Positions 45,546 to 54,400 of a stretch of 64,000 bases of DNA are shown here, piece by piece. The position numbers were made by a program, and so were the translations under genes. Each line of letters opens with the position of its first letter. The first letter of the stretch is position 1. Source of the DNA: Ferruginibacter sp. (GTDB taxonomy: Bacteria > Bacteroidota > Bacteroidia > Chitinophagales > Chitinophagaceae); contig JBDTLP010000009.1 of the NCBI GenBank assembly GCA_039934735.1, positions 3,522 to 67,521 of the forward strand, read 5' to 3'. The notes below the pieces were generated by a model, which worked only from the letters and a program-made list of their open reading frames with translations, was not told the DNA's origin and made no database searches.

Positions 45546-45646
45546 AGAATTTAGAATTTAGAATTATGAATGTAGAATGTTTCGTAACGAATTGCATTCA
45601 TAATTCATTAATTCTGCATTCATAATTCTACATTCATAATTCTAAA
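45546..45646. repeat. (AGAATTT)-type heptamer hairpin filling the carboxylase-rnhA gap
   Basis: The left arm agaatttagaatttagaattatgaatgtagaatg starts the base after the stop codon. The right arm gcattcataattc...ctacattcataattctaaatt ends 2 nt before the rnhA start. Confidence 0.85.
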
Positions 45647-45648
45647 TT

Positions 45649-46107
45649 TTGAGCAAAATTACCATATACACAGACGGTTCCTCACGCGGCAATCCTGGGC
45701 CCGGCGGCTATGGCGCTATATTGATGTATGGGGAACACAGGAAGGAAATTTCAAAAGGCTTTCGACGTACAACCAATAACAGGATGGAGTTGATGGCAGT
45801 TATTGAAGGATTGAAACTGATTAAAAAACCGGAGCTCCCTGTTGTTATTTATTCCGATAGCCAGTATGTTGTAAGAGCCATTGAAGAAGGTTGGTTGAAG
45901 AACTGGATTAAGACAAATTTTAAAGGTGGCAAAAAGAACAGAGACCTTTGGGAAGAATATTATGATCTCTCTCAAAAAATGAATGTAAAAATGGTTTGGG
46001 TAAAGGGGCATGCTACCAATCCTTTTAATAATCGTTGTGATGAATTGGCGACAAGTGCTGCGGATGGAAAGGACTTAATTGTTGACGAAGGATATGAGGA
46101 AATATAA
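45649..46107 (+). CDS. rnhA: Ribonuclease HI
   Basis: DGSSRGNPGPGGYG, TNNRMEL, DSQY and GH..NPFNNRCDELA give the complete RNase H catalytic DEDD context. Confidence 0.9.
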   Translation: MSKITIYTDGSSRGNPGPGGYGAILMYGEHRKEISKGFRRTTNNRMELMAVIEGLKLIKKPELPVVIYSDSQYVVRAIEEGWLKNWIKTNFKGGKKNRDLWEEYYDLSQKMNVKMVWVKGHATNPFNNRCDELATSAADGKDLIVDEGYEEI

Positions 46108-46247
46108 AATGTAAAATGTAAAATGTAAAATGTAAAATGTAAAATGTAAAATGTAAAATGTAGGAAGATATAATTGGTGAAGATACTATCGATTATAATA
46201 AAGCTTAACTTTTACATTTTGCATTCAATATTTTGCATTTTACATTT
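46105..46247. repeat. (AAATGTA)x8 array overlapping the rnhA stop, plus inverted arm
   Basis: The rnhA stop TAA (46105-46107) is the first unit. Eight perfect units run to 46162. The right arm tttacattttgcattcaatattttgcattttacattt is at 46211-46247. Confidence 0.9.
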
Positions 46248-46295
46248 AAAGAAAAAGCCACTCATAAGAGTGGCTTAAAAAAAAATAATTTATTC

Positions 46296-46847
46296 TTAAA
46301 CTGCAGCCTGCTTGTTATTCATCGCATAAGTAGTGATCAAATAATAACTTCCAAATAAAATCCCGCTGAATGCAAGATCAACATACCATTTAAAAAATGG
46401 GATTGCTTTTACATAACAGGCAATGAAACCTCCAACTGTATTCGGATAAGTATGATAAACCGGATTGTCGATAATAAAAAAGCCAAGGTTTGACAATACA
46501 AAAAAGATCGCTGAAGAAATAAGTGAAAAGCCAACTACATTTTTCACATTTATCTTTTTAAGCCTGAATCCGAAAACTGTCACTAGCGCTAAAACGCCAT
46601 AATTTACCAGCTGGCTCCAACCATAAAATCCCTGGCCAATACCTGATGCTTCCAACATGATATCCGATAATAACATAGCAAATATGGGCAATACAAATGC
46701 AAATCTTTTGTCTTTAACTACGGCACCGCTAAACAAGGCCATTCCTATAATTGGATCAAACGTATGTGGATAGGTGATCACTTTAGAAATAGCTGCTGCC
46801 AATATCAATATAACCGCAAGCAATAGATTTGTCTTATTTTGTTTCAT
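46296..46847 (-). CDS. Polytopic membrane protein of unknown function
   Basis: The likely start is MKQNKTNLLLAVILILAAA at 46847. Five to six TM helices. Confidence 0.55.
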   Translation of the reverse strand: MKQNKTNLLLAVILILAAAISKVITYPHTFDPIIGMALFSGAVVKDKRFAFVLPIFAMLLSDIMLEASGIGQGFYGWSQLVNYGVLALVTVFGFRLKKINVKNVVGFSLISSAIFFVLSNLGFFIIDNPVYHTYPNTVGGFIACYVKAIPFFKWYVDLAFSGILFGSYYLITTYAMNNKQAAV

Positions 46848-46954
46848 CTGCTGATAATTTAGGCAAAAATAAGCAAATAACAACGGAAATAATACATCAA
46901 TTAAACTGTTTTTTCACCGGGGAAATTATCGTTCCATAAGATAGATTGCGTTTA

Positions 46955-47053
46955 ATGTCTGATGTATGATGTTGGATGTATGATTTGAAATACAGTCTCT
47001 TTTCAAAAATCATACATCATACATCTAACACCATACATCTTACATCATACATC
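46955..47053. repeat. (GATGTAT)-type heptamer hairpin upstream of the YraN-like gene
   Basis: atgtctgatgtatgatgttggatgtatgattt pairs with aaatcatacatcatacatctaacaccatacatcttacatcatacatc. Confidence 0.8.
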
Positions 47054-47056
47054 TTT

Positions 47057-47413
47057 ATGGCTGCACACAATGAAAAAGGAAAACTAGGTGAACAACTGGC
47101 TGTAGATTATTTTTCAAATCTCGGTTATGAAATTATGTACCAAAACTGGAGACACAGGCATTGGGAAGTTGATATCATCGCAAGTAAAAAAAATATGCTT
47201 CATTTTATAGAAGTAAAATGCAGGTCATCTGCTCAATATGGTTTTCCTGAAGAAGCGGTAAGCCTGAAAAAAATAAAACATCTTATTGATGCATCGGCAG
47301 AATTTCTTTTTCAATTTCCTCAATGGAAAAGGATACAGTTTGATGTATTGTCCATTCATTTTTTAAGGAATGGAGAAGCGGAGTATTTTTTGATAGAGGA
47401 TGTTTATCTCTAA
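47057..47413 (+). CDS. YraN-family (UPF0102) endonuclease-like protein
   Basis: GKLGEQLAVDYFSNLGYEIMYQNWRHRHWEVDIIA..HFIEVKCR is the family signature. The track start at 46976 lies inside the hairpin. Confidence 0.8.
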   Translation: MAAHNEKGKLGEQLAVDYFSNLGYEIMYQNWRHRHWEVDIIASKKNMLHFIEVKCRSSAQYGFPEEAVSLKKIKHLIDASAEFLFQFPQWKRIQFDVLSIHFLRNGEAEYFLIEDVYL

Positions 47414-47919
47414 CGTTTTATTTTAAGATCAATGAGATTGGTCATTTTCTCAACCATCTTAAATGTAGCAGGACAATAATCAATATTTTGTTTGTGAACA
47501 TGGGCATATTCGCTCCATTTTCTTTTTGATAAATGTGGAAATCCTGAACAATCTGCCGGCCTTATTGCATAAATGGAACACTTATTATCCTGTAAGTTTA
47601 GAAACTGGCAAGGTTCGCTTTTATTCACCAGATCTTTGTTGCTGTCTTTCTTAAGCCATTGTTTCCTGAATTGTTCAGGTGTTTGATTAAAATGAGCTGA
47701 GATCCTTTTTAGATCTTTAGGTGTAAAAGTCGGTGTCATTTTTTTACAACAATTTGCACAACTGAGGCAATCAACTTCTGCCCAGACTTCTTTTTCTACA
47801 ATAGGCGAAAGTGTGTCAAAACCTTTTGGATTTTTTTCTGATTTGTTTAAAAAACTCCTGAAGAACTTCCTGTAATGGGAAAGTTTTTTTCTGTACGATC
47901 TGAAATTTACCGGCTCCAT
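47410..47919 (-). CDS. YkgJ-family cysteine-cluster protein
   Basis: The CLSCANCCKK (CxxCxxCC) and CSIY..RP..C motifs are present. Overlaps the previous gene by 4 nt (convergent). Confidence 0.75.
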   Translation of the reverse strand: MEPVNFRSYRKKLSHYRKFFRSFLNKSEKNPKGFDTLSPIVEKEVWAEVDCLSCANCCKKMTPTFTPKDLKRISAHFNQTPEQFRKQWLKKDSNKDLVNKSEPCQFLNLQDNKCSIYAIRPADCSGFPHLSKRKWSEYAHVHKQNIDYCPATFKMVEKMTNLIDLKIKR

Positions 47920-48008
47920 GTAAGCTATTATCTTTTTAAATATTTGTAAGCGAAAGTAATGTTTAATTAAATTGTATCATCATTGTTCTTTTAAGATTCG
48001 TATAAATT

Positions 48009-48908
48009 ATGTGGGAAGCATACAAAAAAGGGTATAAAGCATGGTTGCAACTGGAGAAATCGCTTGCAGATAATTCCGTACAATCTTATTTGCAGGACAT
48101 CGACAAGTTCACCGGTTACCTGCAGTTAAAGAGTGATATGAAAACGCCGGGGGATATCGTACTTAAAGATCTTGAGAAGTTTATAGAATGGATACACGAA
48201 CTTGGTTTAACCGCATCATCACAGGCAAGGATCATATCTGGCTTGCGTAGCTTTTATAAATATTGTTTACTGGAACAGATCACCGTTATTGATCCAACTG
48301 TATTAATGGAAGCGCCCAAACTAAAAAGAACGTTGCCGGATATCCTGGCATTTGAAGAAATAGAAAGGATCATCTCAGCTATTGACTTAAGTAAACCAGA
48401 AGGTGGCAGGAATAAAGCAATATTTGAAACCATGTACAGTTGCGGATTAAGGGTGACTGAAACGGTAAATTTAAAAATCAGTTGCCTTTATCTTGATGTA
48501 GGTTTTATTAAAGTGATTGGAAAAGGGGATAAAGAAAGATTGGTGCCCATTGGGACAGATGCCATTAAATTTATTAATATTTATAAAAATAATATTCGCA
48601 TTCACATACCAATTGCAGCAGGGGAGGAAGACATTCTTTTCTTAAACAGGAGAGGGAGCAGGCTGAGCCGGGTTATGATCTTTTTAATTTTGAAAGAACT
48701 TGTAAGAAAAGCGGGTATCAAAAAAAATATTTCACCACATACATTTCGTCATTCATTTGCCACGCATCTTGTAGAGGGAGGCGCCGATCTAAGAGCGGTA
48801 CAGGAAATGCTTGGCCATGAAAGTATTACTACCACGGAAATATATACGCATCTTGACAGGGAGTTTTTGAGGAACACGTTGCAGCAGTTTCATCCGGCGT
48901 TTAAGTGA
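48009..48908 (+). CDS. xerD: Tyrosine recombinase XerD
   Basis: 299 aa. GLRVTE (Arg) and HTFRHSFATHLVEGGADLRAVQEMLGHESITTTEIYTH (HxxR, H, Y). Confidence 0.9.
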   Translation: MWEAYKKGYKAWLQLEKSLADNSVQSYLQDIDKFTGYLQLKSDMKTPGDIVLKDLEKFIEWIHELGLTASSQARIISGLRSFYKYCLLEQITVIDPTVLMEAPKLKRTLPDILAFEEIERIISAIDLSKPEGGRNKAIFETMYSCGLRVTETVNLKISCLYLDVGFIKVIGKGDKERLVPIGTDAIKFINIYKNNIRIHIPIAAGEEDILFLNRRGSRLSRVMIFLILKELVRKAGIKKNISPHTFRHSFATHLVEGGADLRAVQEMLGHESITTTEIYTHLDREFLRNTLQQFHPAFK

Positions 48909-49087
48909 GCTGTTAGCTATAAGCTTTAAGCTTTAAGCTATAAGCTGGCCGTGATGATAGAAGTTTATTTTTTTAGGAAACTGTATAATATTTTGAAGTT
49001 ATTGGTAATTTAACCGTTTAGATTTCCTGAAGAATAGGGGAATATCAAATTTAAAAAAAACGACTTACAGCTTATAGCTTGAAGCTA
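48908..49087. repeat. (AGCTATA/AGCTTTA) heptamer hairpin bridging two convergent stop codons
   Basis: The left arm (48908-48948) starts in the xerD TGA. The right arm cttacagcttatagcttgaagcta (49064-49087) contains the TAG of the GT2 gene. The loop is ~115 nt. Confidence 0.8.
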
Positions 49088-49879
49088 CTTCCCTTCCACA
49101 ACTACATCTTTCGAAGGAAACACCACTTTCTCATCAGGTGCTTTATTCGCTACCCTTCGCCTGTAATTTTTAAACATACTTTGCCAGCGTAATTTTAGTA
49201 CGCCAAGAATACCTTCTTTTACAATACCCTTATTCATTTTACTTGCACCAAGTTTACGATCCTTGAAAGTAATAGGAACTTCTTTGATCTTAAATCCAAG
49301 CTTCCAGGTGGCAAATTTCATTTCTATCTGGAACGCATAGCCGACAAAACTAATGCTGTCGAAATTCATGGCTTCAAGTACTTCTCTTTTATAACAAACA
49401 AATCCTGCAGTAGGATCATTAACGGGCATCCAGGTAATCATCTTTGTATAAAGGGCACCTCCTTTTGATAAGAAGATCCTGTCGGCTGGCCAGTTCTCAA
49501 TTTTTCCACCTCTTACATAGCGGGAACCAACGGCAAGTCCAGCACCATTTTTACATGCTTCGTATAATCTTTCAAGATCCTCGGGATTGTGAGAAAAATC
49601 AGCATCCATTTCAAATATATACCTGTAACCTTTGCTGAGTGCCCATTTAAAACCATGTATGTAAGCGGTACCCAGTCCTAGCTTCCCACGCCTTTCTTCT
49701 AAAAATACCTGGCCGGGATATTTTGGAAACAATGATTTTACTATGGAAGCAGTGCCATCTGGTGAGCCATCATCAATAATAAGTATATGATAATCCTGTT
49801 GTAAATTAATTACAGTTTTAATAATTGCTTCAATGTTTTCTTTTTCATTGAATGTTGGTATGATGACTAGTTTTTCCAA
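49085..49879 (-). CDS. Polyprenol-monophosphomannose synthase-like GT2
   Basis: IIPTFNEKENI, IIDDGSPDGT and EMDADFSH are motifs of Dpm1/Ppm1-type enzymes. Confidence 0.85.
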   Translation of the reverse strand: MEKLVIIPTFNEKENIEAIIKTVINLQQDYHILIIDDGSPDGTASIVKSLFPKYPGQVFLEERRGKLGLGTAYIHGFKWALSKGYRYIFEMDADFSHNPEDLERLYEACKNGAGLAVGSRYVRGGKIENWPADRIFLSKGGALYTKMITWMPVNDPTAGFVCYKREVLEAMNFDSISFVGYAFQIEMKFATWKLGFKIKEVPITFKDRKLGASKMNKGIVKEGILGVLKLRWQSMFKNYRRRVANKAPDEKVVFPSKDVVVEGK

Positions 49880-49957
49880 TAGCAGTAAAAAGGGCTAGAG
49901 ACAAATTTAATATTAAAAATTCTGACAGCGATAAATATGAAAAAGCTGCGAGGCTAT

Positions 49958-50728
49958 TTAATTTATTTTTAACAAGGTGCGATTTAAAATCTCGGTCAGT
50001 TTTTGTTTTGTATGAAGCGGAAAATCTCCTTTCATCATCCAATCATAATATTGGGGTTCAGATTTTAAAACCTCTGTTACGGCCCTGCCTTTGAATTTTC
50101 CAAAATTAAAAACCTCAACACCTTTGTCGTCAAAGCAGAACCTTCTTGCATAGTCAACAATCTTATCTTCTCCAATGGTTCCAAGAATAGAATCAACAGA
50201 ATTGCCAAGATTTTTATAGCGATCTACCTGTGAAAGAAACACATCAATGGTTGCTTCTACATCAGCTTCTGCGCTATGAGCGTTGATCAATTCCTTCTGG
50301 CAATAAAATTTATATGCTGCAGTAAGCGTGCGTGGCTCCATCGTATAAAAAATATGTTGCACATCAATCATACGCCTGTTGCTAAGGTCAACCTCCATGC
50401 CTGCCCGCAGAAATTCTTCCATCAAAATGGGAATATCAAAACGGTTGCTGTTGTATCCACCCAGGTCACAGTTTTCCAAATATTGTTTTATTTCATTTCC
50501 TGCCTGTTTAAAAGTAGGTGCATCTTTCACCATTTCATCTGTTATTCCATGAATATCTGTAGATGATTTTGGAATTGCTATTTGTGGATTGATCAGTTTT
50601 CTTTTAACCTGCCTGCTATTATCGGGTAAAACTTTTATGATCGCAATTTCAACAATTCTGTCTGATGATAAACTTACGCCCGTGGTTTCAAGGTCTATAA
50701 ATGCAATGGGGCGGTTCAATTGTAACAT
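49958..50728 (-). CDS. DEDDh 3'-5' exonuclease (DNA pol III epsilon-like) with C-terminal extension
   Basis: FIDLETTG (ExoI), GYNSNRFDIPIL (ExoII) and HSAEADVEAT (ExoIII). The likely start is MLQLNRP at 50728. Confidence 0.8.
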   Translation of the reverse strand: MLQLNRPIAFIDLETTGVSLSSDRIVEIAIIKVLPDNSRQVKRKLINPQIAIPKSSTDIHGITDEMVKDAPTFKQAGNEIKQYLENCDLGGYNSNRFDIPILMEEFLRAGMEVDLSNRRMIDVQHIFYTMEPRTLTAAYKFYCQKELINAHSAEADVEATIDVFLSQVDRYKNLGNSVDSILGTIGEDKIVDYARRFCFDDKGVEVFNFGKFKGRAVTEVLKSEPQYYDWMMKGDFPLHTKQKLTEILNRTLLKIN

Positions 50729-50846
50729 GGCTATTGGGGTTTTTAAAAGGTGAAATGAATAGGGCACTCAAATGTAAGTAGAATTGCCAGTATTTTAGAG
50801 CGCAAAAGTAATTTTTGAATCAATTTTTCGTTTACCGTTCATATAT

Positions 50847-50854
50847 TATCTTTG
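50847..50854 (+). promoter_or_regulatory. Candidate -7 box TATCTTTG
   Basis: Matches TAnnTTTG, 24 nt upstream of the TTG at 50878. Confidence 0.35.
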
Positions 50855-50877
50855 CAGCACAATCAAAAACAAAAAAA

Positions 50878-50988
50878 TTGAAAAAAGTATTCTTTTTAGC
50901 ATTATTGGCAACAACACTTGTAATTTCTTTTACAAGTTGTGCACCCAAATATGGTTGCCCTTCAACAGAAAAAATGAACAGACCATAA
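50878..50988 (+). CDS. Possible 36-aa lipoprotein micro-ORF, translationally coupled to ytxJ
   Basis: TTG start; MKKVFFLALLATTLVISFTSCAPKYGCPSTEKMNRP with a lipobox-like FTSC. Its stop overlaps the ytxJ ATG (TAATG at 50986-50990). Confidence 0.4.
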   Translation: MKKVFFLALLATTLVISFTSCAPKYGCPSTEKMNRP

Positions 50989-51320
50989 TGAACTGGAAAT
51001 TGCTAACCACTGAGGATCAGTTACATCAAATCAAAGAAGCATCTGCACAAACAGCCCAGGTAATATTTAAACATAGCACCCGTTGTTCGGTAAGCAGCAT
51101 TGCAAAGAGCCGTCTTGAAAGGGCAGAAACTCCCGAAAAAGTTGATTTCTATTTTCTTGATCTCATTAAATACCGGAATATTTCAAATAAGATCGAATCC
51201 GATTTTATGGTGAATCACCAATCGCCCCAGGTTTTACTTATAAAAAATGGTGAATGTGTTTATGAGGAAAGCCATAATGGGATAACGATGGATGAGATTG
51301 TGGAACAAATAAATAGCTAG
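50988..51320 (+). CDS. ytxJ: YtxJ-family (DUF2847) monothiol thioredoxin-like protein
   Basis: MNWKLLTTEDQL...VIFKHSTRCSVSSIAKSRLE carries the TRCxxS active-site motif. The track ORF begins at an upstream TTG. Confidence 0.75.
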   Translation: MNWKLLTTEDQLHQIKEASAQTAQVIFKHSTRCSVSSIAKSRLERAETPEKVDFYFLDLIKYRNISNKIESDFMVNHQSPQVLLIKNGECVYEESHNGITMDEIVEQINS

Positions 51321-51386
51321 TTAGGGGCTCTGAGAAATTGGGGCCTTTTTTTATATGTATGATGTAAGATTTAAGATGTAAGATTT
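51309..51386 (+). repeat. Left copy of a ~75-bp direct repeat flanking the helicase gene
   Basis: ataaatag(ctag)ttaggggctctgagaaattggggccttttttt-atatgtatgatgtaagatttaagatgtaagattt is ~85 percent identical to 56477-56548. It begins in the last codons of ytxJ. Confidence 0.8.
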
Positions 51387-51416
51387 GTTGAAGGTTTGAG
51401 CTTTGCAATGGTTAAT

Positions 51417-54400
51417 TTATCTTTCAAAATGTAGTTCAGGTAAGATAATTTTCACTTCTTGTTCTTTATCTTCGGCTTTCCAATGAACAATGAAATTTAC
51501 TTTTGCTTCCCTCAATTCAAAACCATTTTTCTTTATTTCTGCTAATCTATCAATGAATTTCTTCGAGAACTTTAAAACCAATTCAGCTTTTTGATTCTTG
51601 CATCCTTCATCTGAAATCGTAATTGAATCTCCACTTGTCAATGCATTTACTCTTTTTTGTATAAATTCAAAATATCCTAACTGTAAATCTTTGTGCGAAA
51701 GATGTAATGCCAAACTGCCTGGCGGTTGGAATGTGTTATTGTTTTCTATCCTTTCTAATCCCCCGGTCATTAGCTTGTCAAGATAATTTCCATTCAAATG
51801 GATTGTCAGATTTTGTTTTGCTCTTGTCATGGCAACATACAACTGTCGTTTCATTTTATCCTCCCGTGCATCAAAGTTTTCAAGCATCAGAAAAACATTA
51901 TCAAACTCTTTTCCTTTTGCTTTATGAATGGTTGAAACAAAAATTGTTTCTCCATTTTCACTTATAAAATCTTCAAGCTTTGATTCCCGGATAAACACTT
52001 CAAAATCGGATTTGTATTTCTTCTTTGTGTTTGTGGCTTCAAAATCCTTAATGAGGTTATTGCAAATTTCAAACTTTGTACTTTGCTTAAATTTGTCAAT
52101 CACTTTTCTTTTAGCATCTCCCCATACGTCATCGCTAATTGTAAAAACTCCGTCGTCTAATTTTAATTCATTTAAAAAAAAGCGAATCTCCGCAAGATTA
52201 AACAAACTAAAACCATCGTTGGATTGAATCAGTTTTGCTTTCAAACCTTTCTTTATCAAAAGCCCTGCAACCTGGAACGCTTCTTCGTTCTTGTGTGTAA
52301 GAATACAAGTCGTTCCTGATAATCCAGTAGAAAGTATGTCATCAACTAAAGGAATGATCAGATTGCTATTCTTGTAATGAATAATTTTAATTTTTCCATT
52401 GTCGGTTTGTTTTGTTTCAATGGGGATTTCTTTCAATCGTAATTGAATTGTCTTTACAAACTGATTAGTGAATGAAACCAAATTGCTTTTACTTCTGTAA
52501 TTTGTAATGAGCTCATATTTAGCTGCTTTTTTTTCTGTAATGAAACTTGACAGGTATTTTGAATTAGCCCCACGCCATTCATAAATGTTTTGGTCATCAT
52601 CACCAACGGCAATCACTCTCATGTCATCATTCTTTTCCATCATTACTTTTATCAACTCAAATTCATCCTCGTCCATATCCTGTGCTTCATCAATTACCAA
52701 AACTGTTTTTGTAATTCTGCTTATCTCAACTTCGTTATTCTTAATTTTTTCAACGGTGGTTTTAATAATTGCATCTGCTTTGTCAATCGTTCCAACTTTA
52801 CCAAGCAAGTCAAAACAATAGGAGTGAAAAGTTTTTATGTCGATGAAATGGGCAGCGTTTCCAATTAACTCAATTAATCTTTTTTTAAATTCTGTTGCCG
52901 CTGCTCTTGAAAATGTAACCATCAGAAGTTGTTCATGCTTTACATCTTCCATCAAAAGCAAAGAAGCTAATTTGTGGACTAAAACTTTTGTCTTCCCGCT
53001 TCCTGGTCCTGCTGCAACTACAATGTATTGGGATTTTTTGTCGTCAATGATTCTTCGCTGAACATCGGATAACGAATCAAAAAGTTGCTTGTATTTTTTA
53101 GGGGTGATGTTTCTTTTAATTTCAGACTCTCTGCTGCCTTTAAAATATTTACTTAGGAATGAAGGGAAATTCAATTGAAAATAGTCGTCAACAAATGTCA
53201 ATGCCCCGGTGTAATCATCAACCATCTTCTTCGCATATTCACCAACGATATGAATTTGCTGAACCTTATGGTCGTAATAATCACTTAGCTTCTGATAATC
53301 CTGTTCCTTGTATTGAATTCTTGGGTTTTGTTCAATCTTGTCAATAGTAAGCCTGTTGTACACAACAAGAAAACCGCCTTCTATTTTTATTGCTTCAATT
53401 CTTGATAGATAAAACAAAGTATCCTCAATCTCCTCAATCGTTGCTTTCACTTCAAACAACTGAATCTGATTACTAAATGCTGCTAATAATTCCAGAACAG
53501 AAAATTCAACCAACACTTCATCTTTTTCAGCTTCAGCTTCTTCTTTAATTGTGTTGCTCTTCTCATACAAATAGCCAACAATAAATTTAGATAAGAGGTG
53601 CCGTTTCTCCAGCCTTTCTTTTAATACTTCTTTGGGCTGACAACTTATTGCTGCAATATGATTTTTGTCATAATCTTTATTATACCGCTTAATCCAATGC
53701 TTGATTGCCCAAAAATTTAAGAGGGTTTTTATTTTATTTGGTGTTACATCCTTGCATCCATTTTCTTCCGCTTGTTCATTAAGTTCCTTTATATGAAATG
53801 TTTTTTCCTGCTCTTCAAACAAGGGGCAAAGAAAATTTTCAATCAGCCCGTAGGATTCGGCAATATCAAGTGAACTTTTTTTACTAACGCCCTTTTTGAC
53901 AAATGCAGTCAAATCTTTTGCATCTGCTAAAATCTTCTCGTCACGCAAAAGATTTATTACTGAAATAACATTTCTTATTTCAATTCCTAAATTGTCAGAG
54001 ATATAATCAACCCTGGATTCTGCTTCGTCTTGCTTTGATTGCTTTCTACTCTTACTCGAAAAAAGTGTTTTAATAATTCTTGTTGCAGTAATTTTTTGTT
54101 CTTCACTAAATTTTTGGGAACGCATTATTTTGTCAATAGCTTCTTGTGCAGTCTTTGATAAAATACTGTTGGCAAAAATTCTTGGCATATTCTGGTTTCG
54201 CTTCAAATAGCCAGCTTCTTCTAATGCTGCAATTGCAGTAGTTACCCTCCTCTCAATTTCTTTTAGATTGTCATCCCAACCTGCGGCTCTTGCAATTTCT
54301 AAAGCAGATTTCTGAACACTTGATTTGAATTTGGTAATGAATTTTATTGCCTTCCAGATTTGTTGTATCTCATGTATGTTGAGTTTTGTTTGGTTTAACA

